Shown here piece after piece: positions 43,248 through 58,581 of a DNA stretch of 64,000 nucleotides (the first letter of the stretch is position 1; the number at the start of each line of letters is the position of its first letter). Under the pieces are notes generated by a model, which was not told the origin of the DNA, searched no databases, and saw only the letters and a program-made list of their open reading frames with translations. The position numbers and the translations under genes are program-made. This DNA is from Bugula neritina (Eukaryota > Animalia > Bryozoa). The stretch covers positions 12,819,801 to 12,883,800 of the forward strand of contig OZ037767.1 in NCBI GenBank assembly GCA_964035545.1. Direction: 5' to 3'.

Positions 43248-44900
43248 CTGTCTCGTTTCGTAGATAAATTCTCCTTTGTAAAGTGAGTTTTTAGACGAGG
43301 TGAGTCTTTGAGTCAGTCCATAAGTTTGCTGAACTTTGAGAAGTTACTGGCTCTATGTACACACGACAAAGTAATGCCTGCTAATTATCAAGAGCTGAGG
43401 GATTTCAATGGCTTCATACTACTATGTAAGTAAATGGGTCAGTGAACACAACTAATGAAAAGTCGTGTATATCATTATGTACAATATGACAAAAGCTATT
43501 TCATCTAACCATTTTACATGTATTGTTGCTTTCTTAGTTGAAGCAAGCATCAAAATTTTTGCACTGAATAGCACTGGTCATGTTTTATTAAAGCTTACTA
43601 TGATCACAATGGTCAATTTAAGCAAAGCATGTGACCAGACATATCCAGGTATAATCAGTCTAAAGAAAATAATATTAAGAATAGGTCAGTTTAGCTTTCC
43701 GTAAAACATTGTGCTTGCTCAGCGTGCTGCATACCAGGAATTACTTCCGGCTGACATGCTTTTGGCTAATGAGTTGATTTTTCTGCTCAGCACAAAATAT
43801 ATTTTCTATAAATAGGGTCTAAATGCACTAACATCATGGTTAAAGATCTGTGGTGCGTTACTCTACTTGGCAGCTTATGTTGATTAACACATGACTTTAG
43901 TTTTTAGTATTATGAGCAAATCAAACGCTTCCATCCTGTATTTCATAAAAATGTTTAATTTACCTCCATTTGCTTCATTCTAGATGAAACTATGACCATG
44001 TAACCATCAACAATAATTTCTACACTGCAATAGTTTATTTTAAATAACCAGGGGAAAACACATTAACGAGAAATATAAAAGCAATTGGGATACAAAAAGC
44101 TCTAACATACTTCAAAAGTTGGCAGATAAACATCAAATGAAACCATTTTCAACATTATTTTAAATATCAACAATTTGAAACTGAGCAAAATTCTACATTT
44201 TACTGCCTTTCGGAACCAAATCAATTTCTAAAGTCAAAAGTTTTCGCACTCAATCCAAGTAACAAATTATTGTTTGTCGAACCTAGTTTGACCCTATGAT
44301 TATGCTGTTAACATTCTACTACTGTTGATCTAAAATAGCATGCATTGCATTTAAGTGATTAAATCCATCATAGAGAAACCACAGTTGGAAATCAGCTGAT
44401 GATTCTGATTAAAACTATGATGCAAGAACTTAAAGTATTTAAACATTGAGCATTTTAGTTTTAAATTAAAATAAGCAAGTTTATTCCTGAATCGCCTACA
44501 AGTTACAATAGCATGCACTATATACAAATGTACAATCAATAACAAAATAAAACACCTAGATAGATGGTGTGGGTTAAAGGTTAGTAGACACTAGCAATAT
44601 AATATCATAACATGTCGTATAATGATAAGGTACAAAGCCAAAAAATACTGCAAAATTGTTGGCTGAAAATTTGAAATATTTCAACATCTCTATAAAAAAA
44701 ATGTTACACAATTGATCAGAATAAAAAGCATTGTATAATAATAAGTTCAAATATAATAGATAATGACAGTTTATTAAACAATGCTTACTTGTGAGTTTGC
44801 TGTACTGAAATTGATTAACTTCTACAGAATGAATTAAACAGATATAAAGTTACAAATCAATGACGTTATAGACAATTTGTTATACTGCACTGTCATATAG

Positions 44901-47900
44901 CTAGACACTCTCTCTTTCCTGTTTCACTCTAATGGATTGAAGCTCCTTGCTTTCATCTTCACTACCCGACACAACAAGTCTATCATTAGCCGACTTTTCC
45001 ACAGGCTTTTCCGAATATGACGGGCGACTTAGCACCCCCACTTCATTTTTATCAGAACTACCTTTACTAACTCTATCTTCTTTTTCAGCTCCCCTGTCGC
45101 CAGTAAGTTTCTCAGTCGTCATGTTTAACCGTTCACTGGGCACGCTCAGTCGGTCTGAAAGTTTCTCCTCACGGTGTGAAACTGAGCGGTCGTGATTGTA
45201 TTTGGGCGCGGTGTAAGTAGACAGGATGTGGGTAATCTCCGTCGGCAGAAACGCCCACGGCACCGAGCCTCCCTCTAGAGGGCATTGCTTGCCACTCGGA
45301 CAAAACACGTCTTTCTTTGTACCCACTAAAACCAAATGCAATAAAAATATAATTAACAATTGGTTATCCCTTCGAGGACACAAGGTTGACTGTCATGTAA
45401 CTGGCTCCACACAAAGTCAAGGTTGCGGGAAAGTGACCTACCTTGTTGATGTTTGATGCTGTCTTTGCTGCATGGGAAGCAGAACTTGTGTAGTTTGATG
45501 GTGGGACACTGGACGTAGTGTGCATCCTCCAGCTGGGAACAGCAGAGGTAACACTTCATCTTCTGATCAATACTCAGCCTCTCCTCACTCCCTGAGCTCT
45601 TCGACGAGCTCGCAGACGACCTGCAATACAACAGGAAATGGGCGTGACTCTGTGAATGACATCATGTCACGGGCAAGGTGAAGACAGAGACAAAATCAAC
45701 CGCCCACATGAACTAACCTGAGGCGATCAAATGCAAATTGAACACTGATTGGCTGTAAGGATTTCAAGAATACAAAAAGTTTAATCTAACCAATTTTCTT
45801 TCCCTATGAATACAAAACTATTGATTAGTTTATACGTACCTTTGGTACCAACACAGAGTAACATAGAGGAGTGATGTGCTAGTGAAGTGGTGGAGAGAGA
45901 GCAGGTCTTAGTTAACAACCAACTATTTAGTAGAAAATACTTTGTCAACAGTGATTTTAGCTTGCAATCAAATATTAAACCGCTACAAAGGTCACACTTT
46001 AATAATCAGAACCCACAAATGGCCTAAAAACTCGATAACCAAACATTGACATACTGGCTGGTTAGTATCTGTCCGGCATTGGAGAGGTTGGTGACTGAAG
46101 AAACCGAGCTATGGTTGTGAGTGACCTCAGTGGGAGTCAGTCGCTCTACCAGAGCATCTATACCAGACCTGGGACGACCTCCACTGGGTAAACCATTGGT
46201 TAAAGAGGAGGGGACAATTCCTAAAGCAAAAACATGTTTGCTCAAGATAATGAATTAATATATAGATATAATGCAAATAAGTGCAGTTGACAAAGCACAG
46301 ACTGTAGGCAGTGCATTAGAATGTGACTACTAGGGGAAGTAAGCAGAGCAACAGGATATAATTTACACTAACTTCATTAGAACAGGTAATGTGACCATTT
46401 CTACAGACAACTTTAAATGCTCACATACCCTAGAAATAAATAATACATCTTTTAAATTCGAACTGATGCCTTGAAAAATTAGAACAGGATAAAATTTATA
46501 AAAAAATGTAGTTTAACTGATTTTGCCCATGAGAAAGCTCTATAATATTTGACTGAAAAGATTAAAAGAAGATGAACGCCCAGCATTGCATTCAATTTGA
46601 GCATAACCCACCAGTTGAAATTCAAAGGCACCATAAAAGAAAAAACAAACTAATAATAGGAGAAAATTCCTTTTGATTATTCAAACAATGACCGCAAAGT
46701 GAGCTGAAGCATGGTGTCTCCATTGTGCATATCAACTCAGACTAAAACCCGCATTCATCTGTGAAATTGATGGAAGTTATCCTCCACACAATGAAAACAG
46801 ACACTTAATGGTGAAAACTGTAAGGGAATAGAATAGTACAAACCTCTACTAGTAGAAGGGCTGTCATAGGAAGGGGAAGGTGTGATACTGAGAGAGAGGC
46901 TGTTGGGACGTCTCGCCGCTGGACTCGGCAGGTGGGCGGGCCGTTTAGCAGCACTAGCCCCTAATGATGTCATATCACCCTGGCAAAGTATGCAAATACT
47001 TCAAGTGAAATAACAAACTAAATCACAGAAATTTAACAACAATACAAATACCAAAATAAAGTGAAGTTATACACATTTCACTAAGTCTATAAAAACAAAA
47101 CCTAACTTCATATGAGAATAGAAAGAGAGGAAAATCCCAAAAATATTTTTTATTTATAACACAGAGATGTGTAGCTATACCAATGGGTAAATACTATGTA
47201 TGTACATAATAGGTGTGTATGTGTGTATGTGTGTACGTACATAGGAAGTGTGTACTTACTCAACAGGTGTGTATAAGTGTTACCTGTTTTCTCTTAGGCG
47301 ATTTTCTGTCAGTCCCAGAATCGGAGCTGGTGGGAGGGGAGTTGTCATGACAGGACGTTACTGTAAACTTAGGTAGAGCGGGGTAGTTTGGATCCACTCT
47401 TGGCACTGGGAGGTACTCTTCTTTAACCACTTCCTAAACAAGCAATTTTAATCCTTTATCGAAATACAGAGTAAAGCTTAGTTGAAAAAATTGAACATTC
47501 CTGGAGTCTGATGCCTATTCTAATTTACTCAAATATTCCACCAGAAATGCAGCTCTTAATATTCACAACAAGCTGATATCAACAAATGGCAAGCAGCCGG
47601 CATTAAGCAAAATATGCACGTACATTTATGGAAAGACTGGGAATTCAAATTGCATTATGCTATGTACTATGTAGAGAGACGACTCCAAGGTCAATTTGCA
47701 ACAAATATAATTAGATGGTCATAATATTAACTAAAAGCACATTTTCTGGAATTAAAACTGGAGTTGAAATTGGAAATAAAGGTGTTGGCTTTTATTTTAT
47801 ATGCAACTGCACTACTTTCACCGATTGTAGGTAATTGAAGGTAAAACCATGACACTATCAAAGTGAGCAATCAGCACCACAGACTAGTCTCAACTGACAA

Positions 47901-50900
47901 TGCAACGGATACGACGCCCACCTTGAAAAAGCGACAGTTTTCAGGCAGGAGATCTCCGATAAGTCTCCAGTCGCCGGTGTCTGGTCTCACTTCATACTCG
48001 AGGTACTTGAAGCCCGAGGAGAGAGGGCGACTCTGTTCCTTCATGGAGTTGTAATACATCTGTTTGGCTACTCCAGAGGCGGATGTGTAAACCTACAGCA
48101 ATTCAGTTGCTCAATCTTCAGTGAGGTACATGGGGCACAATAAATGTGGCAACACGCAACCAACAACCTACGGATTATAATACAATGCTCCCTCAGTATC
48201 TCATGGTTCTATTTCTCACTAAATTCCATAAGTACCAAGAAGGGCTTTGAGTCGTATTTGTGGCTTATGTATGTGTGTAAAGACAAAACGGCCGAATTCA
48301 ACGAATCCGTGAGTCAAATCTGGTGGGAAGAATTGAGGTTTCAAGACCCACAGGCAAGTAACATGTGGAGGGAGCATTGTAGCAGCATCACACAACAAAC
48401 AAGTTATTGATCATAATAATAGGCTAAGTGGGGTTTTAGCCTTCTCTGACACAATATTCTTCTAATGTTAACATATATATGTGTGCTGGTATATGTTGAG
48501 TAAGTAGTATGCATAGGGTAGCATGCGTGGTTGTTGTAGTGTATTATGGGTGTGGTGTGTTTTTAAAGAATTCCTGACACACTTCATTAACTTTTATATG
48601 CTCTAAATATTGTTTTATAATTAATTTTGTGCTCATGTGGTGATGCTGCCATTATACTCTGGAGTGATTTGTATTATAAAACTAATACTATTTATTGCCG
48701 ACTTTCATTGAAAATATCAAATTTCAAGCCAGCCCAGTGATTAAGCTTGGTGTTGCAGAAGCCGACTGGAAACTTCACCAGCATGAGCACAAAACAAGAC
48801 TGCTTGAGCATACAATGCTCAAACAGTCTGGGAATGATAACTAAGATATATATGAACATTTAAAACTACATAATTGAAGGATGTCAGGGATTCGGTACAG
48901 AAATATGAAAAGTATGAATTTATCAAAATGTTAAAGTACTACTACGTAATGTATTGAATATTCACTGTAAATTTAAGAGTTTTCTGTCTATTGGTAAAAA
49001 CAACTCCTAACTGATATATATTTTCATGCTGTAAAAATCCAAACAGCAAATTGCCATACTATATATTTATAAAAGGTGTCTCCACTGCATAACACATAAT
49101 TAGCAGAATTACAAAAACCAAACATTATTCAAGGTCAACACATAATGACAGACTGTAGCTACAAGAAGTAGCCCGAGATCTGAACGGCACTACCGGGTGG
49201 CTATCACACAGTCCATTCTCACCTGCCCCGAGCCCAGTGGATACTCGATAAACAGCTTCAACTCGTAATCACAGCCCGTCTTGTGGCTGGCGTCAAATGC
49301 AAACACCCGGCCTCTTTCGGAGTGAGCCTTCTTGAACCTCACTTCAAACGGAGTGCATTTGGACAAACCCTGGAGGGCGGATATGATGTGCGCCGGCTAC
49401 AGAAATACAAATGAGAACTCAATAATGACATCACATCCTGTAAAGACTGAAAATAGGCTAGAGGGCAGAGTTGATTCACTGAAATCGAATGAAAGTATCA
49501 CCATAAATTTACTAATTTTACCTCATCAACTGAAACAGTAATCATGTTGCAAAAATGCTATAAAATAGTATGAAATACCGAAAATTTCAAACTTTATAGT
49601 TTTACAACAGCAAAATAGATTTTAAGTTTCTTATATGAAGCAGTTACGGTATACAGTACAGTATACACATGCATATAGTCCGATATAGTTGACTTTCTCC
49701 ACATATGAAACAGATTGACAATAGCATAACCTTTAAACTACAGCTCAATTGAAAGCAAGGTCAAGGTTGAATCTATAGCCTACTTTGGTTGAGTAGTCAA
49801 TAACCAGGGGCATCGAAAGGGGTTTGCTATCGTCACTACTAGGTGTTTGGGGTGAGTTGACTGCGTCCACACCAACATTCGGCGCAATGTTTAGTCCTGA
49901 GGCTATGACCGGGATAACTGGCAACCGGCTCTTTTGACTTCCCCAGTTAGCAGCAGCCATGCGAGCGGCGGCCATTCCTATCACAAAATACGTTACAAGA
50001 AATGTCACGGATATCAATGTTGATAGTAGCAATATGAAAAGTATTTTTACTCTAGAGTAGAGGGTGAGCTGATGGAATTAAAACAAAAAGATGATGATAG
50101 AATATACCAAGTTTTACTAAATAAACCAGGCAGAATAAATTGACTTACTACAATTCAGAGTTGTCTTCACTTATATGTGCATATATGAAACTAATCTTAA
50201 TTAGGAGTTGTCTGTACTTACATGCACAAAATTATTATTAATTTGGAGTTTTCTGCCCTTATATGCATAAAAACTAATCTCAATCAGGAGTTGTCTTTAC
50301 TTATATACACAAAACTAACCTTAATTAGGAGTTGTCTGTACTCACACACATAATTAATGAACTTACTAAAAGGGCCAAGAGAGAAACACTAACCCTGTTT
50401 GTAGGCTAAGCTGGCAGCGGGGGACATGAGTGGTGGAGCGGCAGCAGAGTGGGCCAGGGTGGTGGCAGGTAGAACCGGGAAGGATCGGGTGAGGTCTATG
50501 ATACCACCGGGTCTGACGGGACTGGGTGGTTCTATGGCTGGACTGGGCAGACTATCTGCAGCACACAGAAGTATCTGCTATACAATGGCTGCCGCCTAAA
50601 TTGTCCCATAAAGTATTCAGCTGACTTCAAAGCTCCAAGTTTAAACTTTGAAACGAGCTCAGTGTTGAGACAGCATGCAATGAAAGTCAGCAAGAGTTAT
50701 CATTAATTTCACAATACCACAGACTCCAGGGCCGACTGGAAACTCCGTCAGAAATCCAAATTAATTCAAGTCAGGTTTGCAAAAAAATTACTAAAAGACA
50801 AAAATGTTTGAGTATACAACCCTCAAACAGTTTGTAGATGATAGCTAAGATCATGTTATTACTGCATAAATGAAGCGCATCAAAGCTTTTTTACAAGTGT

Positions 50901-52980
50901 TGTACAAATTCAACCTCTACTAGAGAAAATAAAGCACCACATATACAATTGTCTAGCCGATAAGTTCAAGAGCAGAATAACCACAGTTGCTGCTACAGCA
51001 TCCCGGATGTTTATATTTCAACACAACAATTGTCACAACACCAGACTCTTCTCAGAGTCATAACATCAGCCACTGAAAGTGAGGTCTAAATTCCAGTCTC
51101 TAGAAATGCCTTTCAGTAAGTCAAACTTGTTAACAACCATGTTTTGATTTCATCTGAGGCCTTTTAGCCTGCACACCATCTACTATATACATACCAAAAT
51201 GTGTATTTGTTTAGACTTTATGGCATTTATGTGTAACCAGTGGCTGTTGGAAATAATATTCTTTATTGGTAATCTCTATCTGAACTTGTCATGCAACTGA
51301 TTGCGTGTCTTGCATAAAAATACGTGTCACACAATTGAGAAAACAAGATTCGCTGGCTGTGACATTAAACTTGACATTAACGCTGCCATGAAAAACATTC
51401 GGCTCCATTTAGTTTGAGCTTCATCCAAAATAAGTTATGTCACTAAATTCGGGTTTGGCGGTAAAGTAAGTAAAGCTGCTCCATCAAAGCATTCATTATA
51501 AAATTATTAAATTATAAAATTTACATCATTGTGAGAATATTGCTTGTGTGTATTATGAATACTAACTTATAGTTTACGCCATTACATGTCAATTTGATTC
51601 TATGCAAACTCCAAGCTTACAGGCGATAGTGTTTGGTGTTAGACGCCCTGAAAATGGGGTACTTCGGCGGTGCCGAGAGAAAGTGAGAAACACTCTCCAA
51701 ATATATATTATAAACGGCACATATTATAACACTGAAAACCAAAGCTGTTCTTTATATTCACAGCTACACATTGCGACACAACGGATGCTACATACTGACA
51801 CCAACCTGCAGGTATACTGCGACTGAATGACAGCTACGCACTTGACACCTACTTACAGGTGCACTGTGACATGACGACAGCTATACACTGACACCTACCT
51901 GCAGGTAGATTGCGAACAGGACTAGGTATGAGTTCAGATTTAGTGACATTGAGCTGACCTCCACTCAGCTCCACAGGCATGACTTTCTCTTTAGAGTTTC
52001 CACTCTCTACTCGCATAAAGGAGAGTAAAATAATAATATATATAATTATACACTAAAGAATTTATTAGAAGTTATAAAGCATTTTCTTCTTACAGATGAT
52101 GGCGCAATGTTACTTAGCACCGGCTGTCTACACATGCCCCATAGCTATGCTAAAGGATGTTGGAAAAACATGCAAAAACGAAAATTTATTCCAATTTTCA
52201 AAGAGAACATTCCACCAATCAACAAAGTCATATTTCTACAAAAAACACATAGTACTGAAAAAACTATGCTCAACTTTTTAAATGTTTTGGAACTTTACTC
52301 AACAAAGATTCCAAGTAGGATTTCCTTAAATGTTCAAGGCTCTGCGCTACTACGAAATAACAAGAGCTCTAAATTTCACAAAAGCATAGTTGGCAGCATT
52401 TTACTCACCTCGAGTAGAGTTCAACTTCTTCGACTCCAACTTATTGTCATTTCTTAAAGTTTTGCTACCATCTGCGGAGAGAAAGCCGTGCTGCAGCTTC
52501 AACAGCCGCGCCATCTGTATCACGTGATCAATACGATCAGTGCCTTCATAGTTCACACACCCCCTGCACACTGGTTCTAAAGCAAAGATAAATAAATCAC
52601 AAGTCGGAGAAATTTGGTTTTCATGGAACTCGCAGCGATTGAACTCAGCTGCCAACAAGGAAAACCTCTCAGATAATAAATACCGCTTGTCAGATAAAGT
52701 CAGCTGAGAAAACCATGAAATAAATGAATTAGTTGAGTTAGTACACTATTTTAATTTAATTTGGCCATCGCTGACCGTGTCAATGCTTAAGTTATCAAGT
52801 CATCAGGGATAATCATAAATATTAACACTTAAACTTTAGAAACCATCTCATACCAGAGAAATCATGAACCATAGCCCAGGGCATTCGAGGAAGGTCACAG
52901 AGAAAGCATAACTCCCGACCAGACTTGGAACCTGTTAGAGAGATGTTAGCTTTCCCAGAGCTAGACGATGAAGAAGACAT
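44901..52980 (-). CDS. IRF2BPL: Interferon regulatory factor 2-binding protein family corepressor (IRF2BP1/2/L, Drosophila Pits-like), multi-exon
   Basis: N-terminal C4 zinc finger [30 protein letters not shown] (exons 52980-52854, 52576-52409). Middle domain [56 protein letters not shown] (about 49396-49223 and 48092-47920). C-terminal [47 protein letters not shown]. About 12 exons. Confidence 0.93.
50150..50350. repeat. Degenerate minisatellite of about 40 bp, roughly 5 copies, in an IRF2BP intron
   Basis: Recurring TAATC/TTAATTAGGAGTTGTCTGTACTTA.A.GCACAAAA. Confidence 0.8.
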
Positions 52981-55479
52981 TTTCTCTCTAAACGCAAACA
53001 GGATACAAATTGAAAAAGAATATGGATGCTTGAAAGGTTTAGGTTAGAATACAAATCATCACACAAAATAATCTTCTACTTAAAAGAACTATAAAAATGT
53101 TGTTTAATATAATTTAGCAATAGAGGTTAAAACACATATGTGCTTTAAACATCAGAACTAATGTGAGTTGGCTCAATACACAGTCATAGTCAAAGATAAA
53201 TGATATTACTAACAGTATATAATTGGTAGTGATGACCATAAGAACTGCATAATTGCTTAAAACAAGGCAAAAAAGTTTATAAATATACATACTAGGAAAA
53301 TGATGCCAGTGTTACCACTTTGGCCTAGTGTATTTTCAATCTAACTTTAATTTTAAATTCAGATATGAAAATGCAGATTCCAATGAAATTTGTAAGGCTA
53401 GTGAAAAACAAATCCAATTGAACTTGAAAGAACGTTAGGAGGTAGGTACAGTAATGGAGAAATTGTGAAAAGAAGCTACGTTCTTGCAAGAGTTTCAACC
53501 TGTGCTCCAAACCGAAATTTAAAGAACTTAGGTTATCTCAATTTCTCCACTACCGCACCTAAATGGGCGCTTGGTAAAATGCTTAGACATAGATAAATGA
53601 CATAACTTGATCTTGAAAAGATATGATTGAAGAGTAGAGACTCCAGAGGCTCAGCTGTAACTATTCATATAGATATTGTGCATATTTTATTGAACTTACC
53701 TGGTTCTTTTTCTCAAGATTTCTACAAAATATTTCCATAAATTTATTATCAAATTGTGGTGCTAATACAAGATTTAAATCTTTCATACTGACTGGGCATC
53801 GAATCTAACAAGTAAATGACTCCATCAAAGATCTAAAACCTAACATGCTAAGAATAAAATGTCATTATGGTAATAATGTATAAATCACTGTGATTGAAAA
53901 GTAATATAATGATTAAATCATTGTTATTTAAGAAACTTAAACTTCAACAATTTAGAATTAAAAAAATGTTCAGTTTTTCATTAATAAAACTCTATAGATA
54001 CATTTTCACAAGTAGGGCATTTAGTGTTGATTAAACGATAGTGACACTTCAATACTTTATTACAATTATCCCTCAAGTTTCAAGTATTTATGAGTTTATC
54101 AATATCATTCATACACAGTTTTGTCCTAATTTAATTTAATTTTTAATTATTTTTAACTGCATATACATCAGACTTATAGTTACTGTTAGTAGTAGTACTA
54201 GAACTACAAATAAATTTAAAATTATCTAATATCATAATGATAATATAAGCTTGCAAATGTAAAATTTTAATGACTGTAAGTCGATGATAGTTAATTTTGC
54301 TTTTAGCCTTTGAACTGAATTCAAAATTGATTTAACAGTCACAATTGATATTAAAATTATGAATGACAAACATGGCAAACGTTTAACTAATAGTAATAAT
54401 AAAGATAATTGATAAATTATTATTATTAGACCAAGACTTAAGGGATTAAAATAACTGATTACAATTTTAATTACGAAATTTAGTTATAGGCTACTTATGC
54501 TTGTCTTAGTCTACGTCTTATATTTATACTTATACTTATAGTGATACTGATAGTCATACTTAATCTAATACTTATACTTATACTTATGTCTAATGTCTTA
54601 TAGTTATTGGTCAAACTGACATTGATTTAAATCATAAATGAAAAGTAAATGCAACAAGTATAACTTCACTATAAAATTAGGTTTAAGTTTAACTATTAGT
54701 ATTAGTATTACTATTACTATTAGTATTAGTATTACTGTAGTGATACTGTAACACTAACTGTAGCCAGTGTAAACTTACAGTGTAAGTTTATAACTATAAG
54801 TATAAGTTTATAATTATAGTATAACTTTATTATTATAATTATTATTTATATTATAAGAGTATCAGTATGAGTATGAGATTTAAATAGAATACACAACCCT
54901 AAGGCTAGGAGTAAGCTGGCTACTAAGCCTAGGCTATTACCATTACTAGGCTTATTACTATTAGTATTACCAAATTGAAATACCAAGTTCAATATTAGAT
55001 TTAGTATTAATATTACTATTAGTATTACCGATATAAATATTAAATTTAAAATCAGTAATATAATAATAAATTAAAATAATAAACAGATATTTCTTAAATA
55101 TAAAAGTTACCTTTCACTTTCAGTTCACTCTAGTTCAGCTTTATGTTCATATTAACACTGCCACTGAGAGTGAGTGGCCCACCAAATCTGAATAATTGCA
55201 AGTGAATTTCAATCTCAATTGAATCTCACTCTGACTTTAATTTTGATTTTCTGTCTCACTTTCAATCAAAAATGAATTAGTACTTATTAATATTAGGATA
55301 ACTGTTAAAGTTTGTAAATCACATCAAATTCAATAAAAATCTGCAACTCAGAGAATTTTGGTATGCAATTAACAAATTATAAATTCAGCTTTAGTATTTA
55401 TGCTACGTTTGTTTTTTGCAAGATTAGTGCAGAGCTAGAGTTAAAATCAGAACAACCACCAGATCCAGTATCAAAATGC

Positions 55480-55630
55480 AGGCCGACGACTAATCGACTC
55501 GCGGACTATCTACTACGCGACTTGCTATGACTAATAGCGGTCACGTGGTCAAACGTCATCACCCACTAATTTATCAATGAGCAATCTCGGCGGTGCACAA
55601 GCGGTCGGTATACGTCAACATCCGATGCCT
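55480..55630 (-). promoter_or_regulatory. Probable IRF2BP promoter: CpG-richer patch with an E-box (CACGTG 55542-55547) and CRE half-sites
   Basis: Local CpG enrichment in very AT-rich DNA, upstream of a putative 5' UTR exon (donor near 55110) and downstream of the C19orf47 3' UTR. Confidence 0.45.
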
Positions 55631-55785
55631 TAAAGAGGGAGTTGTCTTTCTCCGTGTGCTCTAATAAATACTTGAAAGTTATAGTATACCTATAACCGCA
55701 TCAGCACCTGTGTATAATTTACTATCTTCAACAACTATGGCAATATTTTGAAGTTTCAGAAATAAAAACTTCTGAGGTTCACAAA

Positions 55786-55879
55786 AAGCTGCTTCACACT
55801 TGCCCTTAGGGTTTGTTCAAATAATAACTGTTATTTGAACAAACTCTATAAGCTATAAGGGTAAATGTGAAGTAGCTTT
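55786..55879. repeat. About 95-bp imperfect hairpin (MITE-like)
   Basis: AAAGCTGCTTCACACTTGCCCTTA / TAAGGGTAAATGTGAAGTAGCTTT enclosing GTTTGTTCAAATAA / TTATTTGAACAAAC. Confidence 0.7.
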
Positions 55880-56415
55880 CTTCAACCTTCCAGCTCAAAG
55901 TTAAAATGTAAGCTGCTCTATGTCATCATCGTCTTTTTTAACATCTTAAAAAAGTACTTTTGACAGTTTTAAAAATATTTGTCTGGTCTAAAAGGCAATT
56001 GCATAACTAACAAAATTTAACAAGTACATCTCCGTATTATTTCTCTGGCATTTACCAACTTGTGACAGCAAAATTCATATTCCGAGTATGAAAACTTTCC
56101 AGTGCGAACTAAAGATACAACAAAGCCATTTACTACCCCTGTTTTATTTATTAATAACAAACTTTACAGCCAGTGAAAACATATTCACCAGAAAGTGTGT
56201 ATTTACATAAGGTGACAGAAACATCTCTCTATGAATAATAAACCTTCAAGTAAAATAAGGTACATTTATATTTTTAAAACTATAAGAGCATCACAGAGAA
56301 GGCAGTCAACTAAAGAAATAATAAAGCCAGTCACTCAGTATAATTCATTCTCATTCTGGCATCAGCAGCGTGACCACCGCTCTTCAAATTATGGTTAAAG
56401 TGATTAGTCACATGA

Positions 56416-58533
56416 TCAGTTTCTGTTACCAAGTCTACTAAACACGTCTGCTGATGTCGCTGCCGATGCAGACTTTACTGTGCGTGTTGAGACCATCACA
56501 GCTGACGTTGATCTGCCACTCTTCAGTCTGTCGGTGCTGCTGCTGACCAGGCTGTCACTAGTCAGACCAAGACGGGACTTTAGTGACGGGCCGGCTGTAA
56601 CAGGAAATGCTATGTTTTACTTGTATCTTACATTTCCATTAGCTACTTTAGCTTGCTGTGTATCTTGAGTTCCGTTTATACCTTCACAACTTTCAGTCAG
56701 AAATTCAATTTGGCTAAGTTGAAACTTTGCCAAGCTGCATTGAAATGTGAAAGTCACTCGTCAACATGTTTTATTTGTGATAACTTAATCGATCGATTTT
56801 AGAAGAACAATCAATGAGAATGATAACTCCTTATAGATTCCGGTATTCATGTTTATAATTATGCCTTTCTCTATTATTAATTTTGTGCTGTCAACTCTAC
56901 TAATTTATTACGTTTTCATCAAATAGGGATTAATCGACAAAGTGAGCCTCCGCTTCAATATGATTTCAACAACTTTCAGTAAAACTATAAAGGGGTACTC
57001 AGACGAGTGTTATCAACTGAAACTCTCAACTTTTTTAGTAAAGGTATAAACGCAACTTAATACTTTTTTCTAGCTATCTTTCATGATTGCTGTGATAGCA
57101 TACATTGCTATTTACGGAAAGGTTGTATATAAGCAAGGCAAAAAATTTTATTTATGTTCAGCAGTTTCGTAGGGTATTGTGAAAGAGTTCCTCTAGAGCC
57201 TTCATTTATCTTGAGTCCACAAACACCACACAAATGTTTATTCGAAGTCACAGAGTCAGTAAATGTATTCTTGTTGGTCAGAGCTTGTTTGCTGAGCAAG
57301 CAGATGTTAGCAAAAGTGCATTTTATGCAAATGGTTGTCTCTGTAGGATTATTTTACTCTTGTATAAAGTAAGAAAACTGGAAGATTACAGTAAATCACA
57401 ATAAAATAAGCTACATTTCTAAAAAAACATGTTACAGGAAACTCTTCCAAAAACAGATGCAGCGTGTACTGGGCATTAACTTGCATGCTGTTATAACACA
57501 CTCACCGCTTTTACCGCCAGAGGAGCCGATGGTTCTGGTTATTTTAACTGAAGATCCTGTTTTCGGCTGTCCTAGTCTCGACTTAGCGTTCTCCGTAACC
57601 AGGCGTGACGTGGCAAAACCAATCCTATCACCGGCACTCGCAGCTGTAGAATGACAATCATACTGAAGTAGGCTAAATTGCAGCATATTGATAACACTGT
57701 GAGGTCTTTAAGGTTGAATAGATGCTCAACAGATCTTTATAATCATATAGCAACTGTTAACTTTACAGAAATGCTGTCCTTTTTAAAAAAAAAGTAGCAA
57801 TAACTTCTGCCAACACCAGAGTTGAGTAATGAAGTCATAACAAACAAATAATAAAGATGTATTGTAATAATAACTGGACTATACCAAGTCTTAACTTTTT
57901 TGGAGATTCGGCATGGATGCCACCGTCTTTGAGCACCCCAATGTACGGGGCAGCGTCCACCATCGGGGGTTCAGAATCGTCTGGCTGAGTAGATGTAGCG
58001 GGACGTTTGATCGGTCGCCGTGTCTTCAGGGAGGAACTTCCTCCTAGTCTGTTAAACACTCCTTTCTCATTCTGCAAAGCATATCACTGTATCACAGTCT
58101 AAACAGAGTGCATGCAGACTAACTGAATAGTACTCAGACCAAAAGTAACACACCACACTTCATCAAATTTTGGGTATGTAATACACACTCACCGAGCTGT
58201 ATGTGTTGATTATGTGCTGAGGGTTGATTTTACCGAGTCCAGTAACAGTAAAAGAGATAGAATTGTCTCCCCGATTCTTCTGTGAGCTGATAATGTTAGC
58301 CTTAGTGAGAGAAGCAACAGCGTCCTCACTGCTTTTGAGACGTCCGGTTCGTTTCTGAACATCTGAATGTTTGGACGAACCGAGACGGTTGAAGACTTTT
58401 TGACCAGAAGAGTCTTTGACAAGTTTACTCTGACTACTGGAAAGTTTACCTGAAAATGAAAAATAAAGTATAAAAATCACAATACAAAATACCTTCAATA
58501 CTGTGTGTACTTACTTGCCACTTACTCCTGCTT

Positions 58534-58581
<48 letters not shown>

